From a virus (lineage: Duplodnaviria; Caudoviricetes): 64,000 nucleotides of DNA. Both the position numbers and the translations under genes were made by a program. The notes beneath the pieces were generated by a model. That model worked only from the letters and a program-made list of their open reading frames with translations. It did not search any database and was not told the origin of the DNA. The stretch is taken from the IMG/VR virus record IMGVR_UViG_2529293276_000003, positions 4,067-68,066 of that record; one strand, given 5' to 3'. This document shows positions 53,012 through 61,886 of this stretch, piece after piece. Every line of letters starts with the position of its first letter. The stretch's first letter is position 1.

Positions 53012-53453
53012 AAAAGTTTATTTAGCATTATATAAAGGGGGAGCTGACAAGTTCTCTTACCGTTTTTATGATGCAGTGACACGCTTTTTCACACGAGGTC
53101 AATACTCACATTGTGAGATTGCAGTACACATTCACAACAACATTTATCAGTGCTATTCATCGTCCATTCGTGATGGCGGTGTGCGTCGCAAATCAATGAT
53201 GCTCGATGACAAATGGGACTTAATCAAGCTGGATATTGATGAGTCGCAAATCAGACATTTTTACGATGCGACAAAAGGATCAGGCTATGATCTCTTAGGT
53301 GCTTTAGGTGTTGTTTTGGGATTACGGCAACATCCACACAAATACTTTTGTAGTGAGTGGTGCTTTGAAGCGATCACAAACAAGCAAGATGGCTGGCGAT
53401 TTAGTCCCAATGACTTATACGCAATAAAATCAATTTTAACTCGACGACATTAA
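53004..53453 (+). CDS. Permuted papain-like (NlpC/P60-type) phage protein
   Basis: Start at ATG 53004 (GGAG). YSHCE, YDLLGALG and YFCSEWC give the H-before-C permuted order. Confidence 0.75.
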   Translation: MHRKVYLALYKGGADKFSYRFYDAVTRFFTRGQYSHCEIAVHIHNNIYQCYSSSIRDGGVRRKSMMLDDKWDLIKLDIDESQIRHFYDATKGSGYDLLGALGVVLGLRQHPHKYFCSEWCFEAITNKQDGWRFSPNDLYAIKSILTRRH

Positions 53454-53471
53454 TGTCGGTGACATACCCAC

Positions 53472-53496
53472 AGCCCTTGTAAATCAAGGGCTTTTT
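53472..53496 (+). terminator. Terminator closing the tail cassette
   Basis: AGCCCTTG-TAAAT-CAAGGGCT followed by TTTT. Confidence 0.65.
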
Positions 53497-53575
53497 AGGA
53501 GCAAAAAAAAATGAGCGAAAATGCCAAATTACTTTAGTGCTTACCAATACAGCTATACTTATTGAAATTCATATT

Positions 53576-53598
53576 AAATACCGCCTTTGGCGGTATTT
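53576..53598 (+). promoter_or_regulatory. AAATACCGCC-TTT-GGCGGTATTT hairpin, promoter or terminator
   Basis: Third copy of the CCGCCTTTGGCGGT core, 30 nt before the replication cluster. Confidence 0.45.
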
Positions 53599-53628
53599 TG
53601 GTTTTGTATTTTATTGATGGAGCAATCT

Positions 53629-54594
53629 ATGAACTATACAAATAGGCAAAACATTCCCCTACCATTAGCAGTATTTTTAGCAACAGATAATTATGATGGT
53701 TCTGATGATGTCATTAGTGCCACAACTTTATTAAAACCAATCAGACAGATCATCCTAAGCCAAAGGTTATCCTCATTAGATAGCTTTGTAGATATTGCTG
53801 ATTTGGTTTCATCTCGTATGGGCAGTGCTATTCATACAGCCATTGAGCATGCTTGGCTTAATCCAAATGATGCACTTAAATCACTTGGCTTTAATGATAA
53901 AGTCATCTCTAAGATTAAGATTAACCCTGAACATGCAAACCCATCAGATATTAATATCTATATGGAAAGACGCAGTAATAAAACCATTAACGGTTATACC
54001 ATTTCAGGTAAGTTTGATTTTGTTGCTGAAGGACAGGTACAGGACTTTAAATCTACTTCTGTTTACACCTACCTTAATCAAACCAAAACTGATGACTATA
54101 GACTACAGGGTTCTATTTATCGTTGGCTTAATCCTGATATCATCACCAAAGATTACATGACCATTCATTATATCTTTACGGATTTTAATAAAGCAGAGTC
54201 CTTTAGGAATAAAGATTATCCCCCCAATCGTATACACAGCCAAAAGATACCACTACTTTCACTAAATGAAACACATACTTGGATTACAGATAAAGTAAAT
54301 CAAATAAAGCAGTATCAAAATACTGATGAAGCTGAACTGCCTTATTGCACTGCTAAAGACTTATGGCGTAAACCTACCCTATATAAATATTACAAAGACC
54401 CAAACAAAACAGACAGAAGTACCAAAAACTTTGATTCTATGTCTGAAGCCATTGCTTATATGACAACCAAGCATCGTGGCAAGGGTATTGTGAAAGAAGT
54501 CAAAGGACAAGTAGTTGCTTGTAGATACTGTCCTGCATTTCATTTATGTACCCAAAAAGACAGTTATATCAATAGCGGAGAATTAATTGTATGA
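53629..54594 (+). CDS. PD-(D/E)XK / Cas4-like exonuclease (N4 gp42-like)
   Basis: Start at ATG 53629. SATTLLKP, GSAIH, ISGKFD, DFKSTS, QGSIYRWL and C-terminal CRYCPAFHLC. Confidence 0.85.
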   Translation: MNYTNRQNIPLPLAVFLATDNYDGSDDVISATTLLKPIRQIILSQRLSSLDSFVDIADLVSSRMGSAIHTAIEHAWLNPNDALKSLGFNDKVISKIKINPEHANPSDINIYMERRSNKTINGYTISGKFDFVAEGQVQDFKSTSVYTYLNQTKTDDYRLQGSIYRWLNPDIITKDYMTIHYIFTDFNKAESFRNKDYPPNRIHSQKIPLLSLNETHTWITDKVNQIKQYQNTDEAELPYCTAKDLWRKPTLYKYYKDPNKTDRSTKNFDSMSEAIAYMTTKHRGKGIVKEVKGQVVACRYCPAFHLCTQKDSYINSGELIV

Positions 54595-54848
54595 AAATTA
54601 ATGATTATTTAGAGATACACCAAGATGATTTACCTTGTCATTGCCGTGTAAGTAACATTTCAAAAGAGTATGCATCACAGCATGGTGAATCTTTACTTGT
54701 GACAGCTATCGTTGTTGAACCTATGTATAAGAATATTTATCCGCACAATCAAGAATTAGCTGAGTATATGGAAGAAAACAAAGATACCTATATCCGCAGA
54801 GCTTTAGCAGATAACGGTAAATTATATGACTATGCTATTAAGGAGTAA
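54591..54848 (+). CDS. Hypothetical protein
   Basis: 85 aa, overlaps the upstream stop. Confidence 0.65.
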   Translation: MKINDYLEIHQDDLPCHCRVSNISKEYASQHGESLLVTAIVVEPMYKNIYPHNQELAEYMEENKDTYIRRALADNGKLYDYAIKE

Positions 54849-54851
54849 TTA

Positions 54852-54950
54852 ATGAGTGATGCTCATTTTATGACTTTTAGTCTTATTGGCTTAACCGTTT
54901 TCTTTTATCTCTTACATGAGCTTGTGAGTTTTTGGGGGAGAAGAAAATGA
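54852..54950 (+). CDS. 32-aa membrane peptide
   Basis: AGGAG RBS, MSDAHFMTFSLIGLTVFFYLLHELVSFWGRRK. Confidence 0.55.
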   Translation: MSDAHFMTFSLIGLTVFFYLLHELVSFWGRRK

Positions 54951-55108
54951 ATGGATTTATGACAGTAACTGCTTTGAATCTGATTCTAGTTTACTGTTTT
55001 TACTATTTTACCTTAGATGCTAAAAGCGGTATTTATATCTATACATATTTAATGACTGCTTTTATTGTTTATCGTTTCGTTCATATTTATTGTGGAAAAT
55101 TACCATGA
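54947..55108 (+). CDS. 53-aa two-TM peptide
   Basis: ATGA overlaps with both the upstream peptide and the primase gene. Confidence 0.55.
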   Translation: MNGFMTVTALNLILVYCFYYFTLDAKSGIYIYTYLMTAFIVYRFVHIYCGKLP

Positions 55109-57264
55109 AACCAATAGAAGAAATGCACTATCACCCTACTAGTGAAAGACTTGTAGAGATATTGCAAACCAAGACACAGAACAACAATCCTTTATTCTTT
55201 AGAGTGATTGTTGCTTATTATTTAGCTCTCATGGCTTCTCACATGCGTGTTAGTATCAAAGGTTGGACAGGTAAGAAAACCATACCAGTAAACCTATATG
55301 GTATTGCACTTAGCCCATCAGGCTCAGGCAAGGGACACAGTACAAGCCTTATGGAAAATGAAGTTATTAATACTTTTAAATCTGTATTCTTAGAGCATAC
55401 TTTTCCTATCACAGCAGAACAGAATTGTGAAGCCATTGCAGCTAAACGAGCTACTCGTAATGGCACTGACATTGAAGATGAGCTACATAAATTAGCTAAA
55501 GCATTTCAAGAGCTGGGTGCATTGTTATTTAGTTTTGATAGTGCAACAGTACCTGCTATTAAGCAGATGAGACAGAAGCTATTAATGGCAAATGCAGGCT
55601 CATGTAACCTACAAGTAGATGAAATTGGTGCTAACTTCAGCGGTTCTATAGAAGCTCTAACAGCCTATTTAGAGCTATATGATAAAGGTTTAATCAAAGA
55701 TAAATTGGTTAAATCCAGTGCAGAGAACACACGCTTTGAGCGTATTGAAGGCTATACACCTGCAAATATGCTCTTGTTTGGTACACCTACTAAGTTACTA
55801 GATGGTGCTAGAACTGAAGAACAATTCTATGAAATGCTTGAGATGGGTTATGCACGAAGATGCTTTTTTGGTTATGCAGATAGAGCTTCTAAGCAGACTA
55901 AGCTATCTGTAGATGAAGTCATGGCTCAGCTATTTAATGAAGATGATGATGACTTCATTGAAGAACTCTCAGACAAGTTTGGTTTGTTAGCAGACTTATC
56001 ATTAATCAATAAAACAATTAGCTTACCAACAGCATCTGTTGAGTTATTGATTGAGTATAAACTCAACTGTGAAAAAGCAAGTAGTGAGTTTAGTGAACTT
56101 GAAAGTATCAAGAAAGCAGAACTAGAACACCGTTATTTCAAAGTGATGAAACTAGCAGGTGTTTATGCGTTTATTGATCAACAAGATGAAATCAGCCCAC
56201 AGCATATTGAATATGCGATTAAACTGGCTGAAGATTCAGGTCAAGCATTTGTAAGGTTAATGACACCACAAAGACCTTATATCAAACTGGCTAATTATCT
56301 TGCCCAAACTAAAACACAAGTAACTTTGGCTGATTTAGATGAAGATTTACCATCATTTAGGGGTTCAAAAGCCCAAAAAGATGAGCAAATTATGATGGCG
56401 ATTGCTTGGGGATATAAGAATAACATTGTCATTAAAAAGTCTTTTACAGATAGTATTTTATTTTTACATGCAGATACTATCCAAGAAACCAATTTAGATA
56501 ATCTGATTGTCAGTTATACCAATAGTCCTGATATGACAAGTGATTATTTCAATGACACAGTTTCTATTGAAAACTTATCACAGTTAGTTCAAATGGCTGA
56601 TTTTCATTGGCTTAGTCATCATGTGGAGCATGGTTACCGCAAAGAAGAAAATGCCAAAGAAGGTTTTAATCTCTTGGTTTTAGATGTAGATAGTGGTACT
56701 AAGCTTACAACTGCTATGATGCTATTGAAAAAATATACAGCAATTTATTATACAACCAAACGCCATCAAGAAAATGGTGAAGACAGATATCGTATTATTT
56801 TACCTTTGAACTACACACTTAAGTTAGACTCTAAAGAATACAAAGAGCTGTATAACAATGTCATTAATTCATTACCATTTGAAGTAGATGCTCAGTGTGG
56901 ACAAAGAGCTAAGAAATGGCTGACAAATCCAAATGCACAAGTACATACTACTGAAGGTGAATTATTTGATATTTTACCCTTCATTCCTAAGACTTCTAAG
57001 AATGAAGAAAGAGAAAAATTATTACAAGATCAAAGCCAAATGGATAACCTAGAAAGATGGGTTATTAATAATACTGGTGATGGTAACCGTAATAATATGC
57101 TATTGAGATTTGCAATGATATTGGTAGATGCTGGATTTAGCTTTGATAACATCAAGGATAAAGTCATCTCATTAAACAATAAGATGGTGGATAAACTTGA
57201 TGAAATTGAGCTATATAACACCATCTTCCATAGTGTTGCTGCAAAGCTAACTTCAATAGCATAG
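55105..57264 (+). CDS. DNA primase (N4 gp43-like)
   Basis: SGSGKG, QVDEIG, DVDSG, TTKRH..DRYRIILP and PriCT-like GDGNRNNMLLRFA. Confidence 0.88.
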   Translation: MKPIEEMHYHPTSERLVEILQTKTQNNNPLFFRVIVAYYLALMASHMRVSIKGWTGKKTIPVNLYGIALSPSGSGKGHSTSLMENEVINTFKSVFLEHTFPITAEQNCEAIAAKRATRNGTDIEDELHKLAKAFQELGALLFSFDSATVPAIKQMRQKLLMANAGSCNLQVDEIGANFSGSIEALTAYLELYDKGLIKDKLVKSSAENTRFERIEGYTPANMLLFGTPTKLLDGARTEEQFYEMLEMGYARRCFFGYADRASKQTKLSVDEVMAQLFNEDDDDFIEELSDKFGLLADLSLINKTISLPTASVELLIEYKLNCEKASSEFSELESIKKAELEHRYFKVMKLAGVYAFIDQQDEISPQHIEYAIKLAEDSGQAFVRLMTPQRPYIKLANYLAQTKTQVTLADLDEDLPSFRGSKAQKDEQIMMAIAWGYKNNIVIKKSFTDSILFLHADTIQETNLDNLIVSYTNSPDMTSDYFNDTVSIENLSQLVQMADFHWLSHHVEHGYRKEENAKEGFNLLVLDVDSGTKLTTAMMLLKKYTAIYYTTKRHQENGEDRYRIILPLNYTLKLDSKEYKELYNNVINSLPFEVDAQCGQRAKKWLTNPNAQVHTTEGELFDILPFIPKTSKNEEREKLLQDQSQMDNLERWVINNTGDGNRNNMLLRFAMILVDAGFSFDNIKDKVISLNNKMVDKLDEIELYNTIFHSVAAKLTSIA

Positions 57265-57327
57265 CATCTTCCTACAGTATGGCTTTGCTGCCGTATTGTG
57301 GGTTTTCTTTTAATCACTGGAGTAATC

Positions 57328-58059
57328 ATGACTCAAATTAATGATCATTTAGTCTTAGTCTGTGGTAAATCCACAATGGGTAAGACGACTTGTTTACGCA
57401 CCCTTAGAAATCCTGAAGGTGTTATGTATCTTAACTGCGAAAATGGAAAGCGTCCCCCCTACCGTGAAGCCAATAAGTTTAAGATGTACACCATCACTGA
57501 CCCGTTTCAAGTGCATGAAGCTTTTACTTATGCAGAAACTCAATCTGATGTTCATACTATTGTAATTGATAGTCTCACTTTCTTATTAACTATGGCAGAA
57601 AAGCAAATTGTCCATACAGCCAAAAATCCTCAAAAAGCTTGGGGAAGATTTCAAAATTATATCACAGATTTAATGTTAGATTATGTAGCGAAATCCACAA
57701 AAAAGATTATCTTTACAGCCCATACAGTTGATCAAATTAATGAGGCTGAAATGGTTAAAGAGACTTTTGTGCCTGTTAAGGGATCTTTAAAAGCACAAGG
57801 TATAGAAAGCTTTTTTAATGTTATTATCTCAGTTAAGAAAATCAAAATTAATGACTTAGAAGGTATTAATACTCCTTTTTTAAATATCACAGACCGTGAG
57901 CGTGAGTTGGGATATAAACATTGTATCCAAACGAGACTTACTAAAGATACTGTAACTGAGCGTTTAAGAGAGCCATTAGATATGTGGGCTGAATCAGAAA
58001 CATTCATTGATAGTAATATTCAAATTGTTCTTGATAGATTGAATGAATACTATGGATGA
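57328..58059 (+). CDS. AAA_24/Sak4-like ATPase (N4 gp44-like)
   Basis: GKSTMGKT, IVIDSLT and IFTAH. Start at ATG 57328. Confidence 0.85.
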   Translation: MTQINDHLVLVCGKSTMGKTTCLRTLRNPEGVMYLNCENGKRPPYREANKFKMYTITDPFQVHEAFTYAETQSDVHTIVIDSLTFLLTMAEKQIVHTAKNPQKAWGRFQNYITDLMLDYVAKSTKKIIFTAHTVDQINEAEMVKETFVPVKGSLKAQGIESFFNVIISVKKIKINDLEGINTPFLNITDRERELGYKHCIQTRLTKDTVTERLREPLDMWAESETFIDSNIQIVLDRLNEYYG

Positions 58060-58121
58060 TGCTATAAAACTATCCCCTTACGCTAGAGACCTTACAAACA
58101 ATTTGGTTAAAGGAATCGTAG

Positions 58122-58643
58122 ATGAGTATCATAGAAAGTACATTAACCCATGAGTTACTAACATCTTACCTAAAGTATAACGAAACCAAAGGAGAATTTA
58201 CTTGGATTAAAAGACCCAATAAAAACATTCATCTACATACTCGTGCAGGTACAAAAAACTCTGCAGGTTATCGTGTTATTTCTTTATTTGGTAAGCGTTA
58301 TCCTGAGCATAGATTAGCTTGGTTTTATGTACATGGTGAAATGCCCAAACATGAAATAGACCATATTAATCAAATTCGTGATGACAACAGAATTAGTAAT
58401 TTAAGACAAGTTACACGTTCTGAAAACCAAAGAAATAAGACCCGTAAAGATAGCCGTGTAGATGAGATAGGTATTTGGTGGTGCAGACGCAGAAAGCGTT
58501 ATATCGCTGAAATTACACTTAATGGAAAGAAAGTCTATCAAAAATCTTTTACAGACATTGATGAAGCCATCAGTGCTCGTAAAGCTAAAGCATTAGAGCT
58601 TGGCTTCCATGAGAATCATGGTAAGACCCAAGCTCAATATTAA
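58122..58643 (+). CDS. HNH homing endonuclease with AP2-like C-terminus
   Basis: HRLAW..VHG...IDHINQIRDDNRISNLR, followed by YIAEITLNGK...F...DEAISAR. Confidence 0.92.
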   Translation: MSIIESTLTHELLTSYLKYNETKGEFTWIKRPNKNIHLHTRAGTKNSAGYRVISLFGKRYPEHRLAWFYVHGEMPKHEIDHINQIRDDNRISNLRQVTRSENQRNKTRKDSRVDEIGIWWCRRRKRYIAEITLNGKKVYQKSFTDIDEAISARKAKALELGFHENHGKTQAQY

Positions 58644-58675
58644 TTTAATCAACCAACCCAAAAGGAGGAACTATT

Positions 58676-59371
58676 ATGAGTTTTCTATCTAACCTAAGCT
58701 ACCAAGACAACATCAATGACGACAAAGATACACTAGGTGGTAGCTTTACAATTCTAGAATCAGGTGTTTATGATGCTACTGTCAAATATGCCTATCTATC
58801 ACAAGCAAAATCAGGTGCAGGTGCAGTAAACTTTGAATTTGATGTGGATGGTAAAACCATTAAAGAAACCATGTATGTAACTAACCGTGAAGGTAAAAAT
58901 TACTATGAACGAAACGGTCAGCGTAACTATCTACCTTCATTTATTAATGCTGATGCGATTAGTTTATTTACTACTGGTAAAGCTTTGTTTGAGCAAAAAG
59001 AAGAAACCAAAGTTATTAACTTGTATAACTTTGATGTTAAAAAAGAAGTACCTACTGAAGTACCTATGCTAACTGCAATGATTGGTAAAACAGTTAAGCT
59101 AGGTATCCTAAAAGAAAAGGTATTTAAACAAACCAAAGATAACTCAGGTAACTATGTAGACACTGATGAGACTCGTGAACAAAACAGTATCAATAAAGTG
59201 TTCTCAGCAAAAGACAACCGTACAGTTAATGAAGTCCGTGCAGAAATTGATTCTGCTCAATTCATGAACGATTGGCTTGAAAAGTGGGAAGGTCAAGTAT
59301 CAGATAAAACTGCTAACAAGAAACCTACTGCTTCTGCACCTGCTAAGAAAACTTCATCACTATTTGCATAA
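58676..59371 (+). CDS. Single-stranded DNA-binding protein (N4 gp45-like)
   Basis: KDTLGG..LESGVY..TVKYAY...SGA and the C-terminal KTSSLFA tail. Confidence 0.85.
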   Translation: MSFLSNLSYQDNINDDKDTLGGSFTILESGVYDATVKYAYLSQAKSGAGAVNFEFDVDGKTIKETMYVTNREGKNYYERNGQRNYLPSFINADAISLFTTGKALFEQKEETKVINLYNFDVKKEVPTEVPMLTAMIGKTVKLGILKEKVFKQTKDNSGNYVDTDETREQNSINKVFSAKDNRTVNEVRAEIDSAQFMNDWLEKWEGQVSDKTANKKPTASAPAKKTSSLFA

Positions 59372-59380
59372 GGAATTAGC

Positions 59381-59581
59381 ATGACTACACACACTATTTT
59401 AGAAACTGCACAAGATGTTATTGAATTGGTTACTGAATGGCATAAAAATAATCAATGGTTATTAAGCCAGCGTATTGCTCATACAGAGAACTTTGAGGTT
59501 GCTCAAGAGCTCCAAACGATTAAAGAGCTTTATAGCGAACTACCTTTTGAGATTCTATTTATCAGTAAGGTGGATGAATGA
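59381..59581 (+). CDS. Hypothetical protein
   Basis: 66 aa with RBS. Confidence 0.65.
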   Translation: MTTHTILETAQDVIELVTEWHKNNQWLLSQRIAHTENFEVAQELQTIKELYSELPFEILFISKVDE

Positions 59582-60099
59582 GTAACCAACCAGTGACTAT
59601 CATTGGCTTTGACCCCAGTTTACGCAACTGGGGTTATTGTATTGCAACCTATGCTGATAATAAATTAACATTTCATCAAGGGGGTGTCATTCACTCAAGG
59701 CCAAATACAAAACAAAAACAAAACCTACAAGATTTACTTTCAGCAACTCAATTATACAGCCAGTTAAAGCAGTTAATGACTACGCATAAACCTGACTATA
59801 TCGTTGCTGAATTACCTGTAGGAAGCCAATCATCAAGAGCAATGGTGTCTTATGCGACTTGTATTTCATTATGTAGTGTATTAGCATTTAATGATGGTAT
59901 TAAAACCCGCCCATTCATTAATATTCCCCCACAAGAAGTGAAAAAAACAGTGGGTAAAAAAAATGCGACTAAAGATGAAGTTATTCAGTGGGTAGCAGAA
60001 AATTATCCCGATACCAAAGGCTGGTTAGATAACTTACCTAAATCTAAAAAAGAACATATCTGTGATGCCATTGTTGCGACACATACTGCCGTTTACTAA
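59578..60099 (+). CDS. RuvC-like Holliday junction resolvase
   Basis: IIGFDPS..NWG, VAELP and EHICDAI. Confidence 0.88.
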   Translation: MSNQPVTIIGFDPSLRNWGYCIATYADNKLTFHQGGVIHSRPNTKQKQNLQDLLSATQLYSQLKQLMTTHKPDYIVAELPVGSQSSRAMVSYATCISLCSVLAFNDGIKTRPFINIPPQEVKKTVGKKNATKDEVIQWVAENYPDTKGWLDNLPKSKKEHICDAIVATHTAVY

Positions 60100-60110
60100 G
60101 GAGAACTTTA

Positions 60111-60464
60111 ATGAAAATTACTTTAGACAACATAGAACTAAACCAAGCTGTTATTGAATACTTAAACAATCAAGGGCTTAGCCTTGATACTGATAAAGTT
60201 CATATTGAAATTACATCAGAAGGTGTAAAAATTGATACGAATAAACCAAATAGACAAGAGGCTAAAGACAGTGTACAAGAGCCTGTAAAGCCTAATAAAC
60301 CCAATAATAAACCAAAAGGTAGTGATATACCAGCTAAACAAGAAAAGCCTGCTAAAGCGTTATTTAACACATCAGATGACACAACAGATGACATCTTAGA
60401 AGATGATACGCCTATGATTCCTGAAAACCAGCAAGTAGAAAAGACACGCAAGCTATTTCAATAA
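60111..60464 (+). CDS. Hypothetical protein (MKITL...LF type)
   Basis: Folded N-terminus, disordered acidic tail ending KLFQ. Confidence 0.75.
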   Translation: MKITLDNIELNQAVIEYLNNQGLSLDTDKVHIEITSEGVKIDTNKPNRQEAKDSVQEPVKPNKPNNKPKGSDIPAKQEKPAKALFNTSDDTTDDILEDDTPMIPENQQVEKTRKLFQ

Positions 60465-60477
60465 GGTGAATTAGATT

Positions 60478-60627
60478 ATGGATAAAGATAATCTAGTCTT
60501 TGCTATTACGGCTTGTGTAATAGTGTTAATTTTGTTTGTATTCATGGGTTTTTTAATAAAGTATGACACTGTGAGAGAATGTATCAGGGTAAACCCTAAT
60601 AATGCAGAAATCTGTGCACAACTTTAA
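60478..60627 (+). CDS. 49-aa single-TM protein
   Basis: Hand-translated MDKDNLVFAITACVIVLILFVFMGFLIKY...; two Cys in the tail. Confidence 0.55.
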   Translation: MDKDNLVFAITACVIVLILFVFMGFLIKYDTVRECIRVNPNNAEICAQL

Positions 60628-60709
60628 CATGAGTATAAAGAAAGTTACATTGACTATTTCAGTGGAAGACTACGAACCCTCTAGTAAAGCTTAAGTAAAT
60701 AACTAAACC

Positions 60710-60737
60710 AAAAGCTACCTAGCTGGGTAGCTTTTTT
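60710..60737 (+). terminator. Terminator
   Basis: AAAAGCTACC/GGTAGCTTTT. Confidence 0.65.
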
Positions 60738-60752
60738 AATGAGGATTTTAAT

Positions 60753-61010
60753 ATGACAGATTTAGAAATGATAGGTCAAGCCTATGTTGAGTGGTATCAA
60801 TGTAATGATAAAACCCATATAGCGAAGCAAGAGCTTAACTATTATATGGACGATCCATCACCTACGATTGGTGACTATACAGATGAGGCATTTAAAAAAA
60901 CACTCTTATCGTTAAGCAAAAACTTGATTACCTGTTTACAAGAAACTTCTAAAGCTTATGATGCGTTAGATGATATAGTGCTTAATTACCTGACTAAACA
61001 AAGAAGTTAA
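60753..61010 (+). CDS. Hypothetical protein
   Basis: 85 aa, GAGG RBS. Confidence 0.7.
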   Translation: MTDLEMIGQAYVEWYQCNDKTHIAKQELNYYMDDPSPTIGDYTDEAFKKTLLSLSKNLITCLQETSKAYDALDDIVLNYLTKQRS

Positions 61011-61014
61011 AACT

Positions 61015-61491
61015 ATGAACAATCAAACATTTAAAGCTGGTGATAAAGTTTATTATCCCCTTATGTCAGATAAAATTCTAACACTGCTAAAGCATGGTGA
61101 AGACACTGTTAATGTAGATTTGGGTGTAGGTAATTTCTTTGAGCTAAATGGAAAAAAATTTCAACATCATTTGGCTCAAAGTATCTTTCATGCAACTCAG
61201 CTTAACTATGAGCTTTTAACGAATTTATATCCACATATACAGTTTGAAAAACCAAGACCAACACCTGATACAATTGTTAAAAAGATGCTTAATGATGGCT
61301 ATGCTTATGTTATCTGTAACATCTTACTGCCCGATGGTGTAGTTAAAGATATTGTCAGAGGTTATGATGACAATTTACTCTTTGGTGAGTACGGTAACTA
61401 CGACTATGATCAGGTAATACCTTTAGATATTTATACAGGTAAAGTCATTGTAGATTATATAGATGGTAAACCAGTACTGGAAGATGATTAA
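61015..61491 (+). CDS. Hypothetical phage protein (FKAGDKVY type)
   Basis: 158 aa in the operon. Confidence 0.75.
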   Translation: MNNQTFKAGDKVYYPLMSDKILTLLKHGEDTVNVDLGVGNFFELNGKKFQHHLAQSIFHATQLNYELLTNLYPHIQFEKPRPTPDTIVKKMLNDGYAYVICNILLPDGVVKDIVRGYDDNLLFGEYGNYDYDQVIPLDIYTGKVIVDYIDGKPVLEDD

Positions 61492-61872
61492 ATGAATATA
61501 CGAAAACTGATTAGTGAACTCAAAACCCACCATACATATATTTCAGCCCTGGATACTAAGAAAAGTAAATCAGTGGCTGCTGGTATTGCTATTGCTATTG
61601 ATATTATTAAAAAGCATACAGAAAATGAATGGATAGATACCTTGGAGGAGTTACCACCTACTGGTAAACCAGTGTTACTGGCAGTAGATCTTGGTGAAGA
61701 TTCGCTTGTACCAGCCGTAGGTCAGTTAATTGAATATGATGTAAACTTCGTTGATGAATATGTTGATTTCACTGAAACCTTAGAATGGTTAAATTCAGAA
61801 GGTGATAGCTTTGTTGCTGGATTTAATGATGTTAAGTATTGGCTTCCAATCCCTGAATTTCCTAAACATTAA
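61492..61872 (+). CDS. DUF551-like protein
   Basis: WIDTLEELP...VLL...[11 protein letters not shown]. Confidence 0.8.
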   Translation: MNIRKLISELKTHHTYISALDTKKSKSVAAGIAIAIDIIKKHTENEWIDTLEELPPTGKPVLLAVDLGEDSLVPAVGQLIEYDVNFVDEYVDFTETLEWLNSEGDSFVAGFNDVKYWLPIPEFPKH

Positions 61873-61886
61873 ACCAAGGAGTATTA

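Noticed and set aside
49522-53453. Diversity-generating retroelement or invertible shufflon at the tail fibre
   Set aside because: No reverse transcriptase, no template/variable repeat pair with A-specific mismatches, and no inverted crossover sites or silent alternative tips were seen.
53504-53513. A9 homopolymer as a phase-variation tract
   Set aside because: It lies between an RBS and an 8-codon stub, not within a functional gene or identified promoter.
53629-54594. Cas4-like nuclease as evidence of CRISPR
   Set aside because: This is a standard N4-type replication-cluster gene. No array or other cas genes are present.
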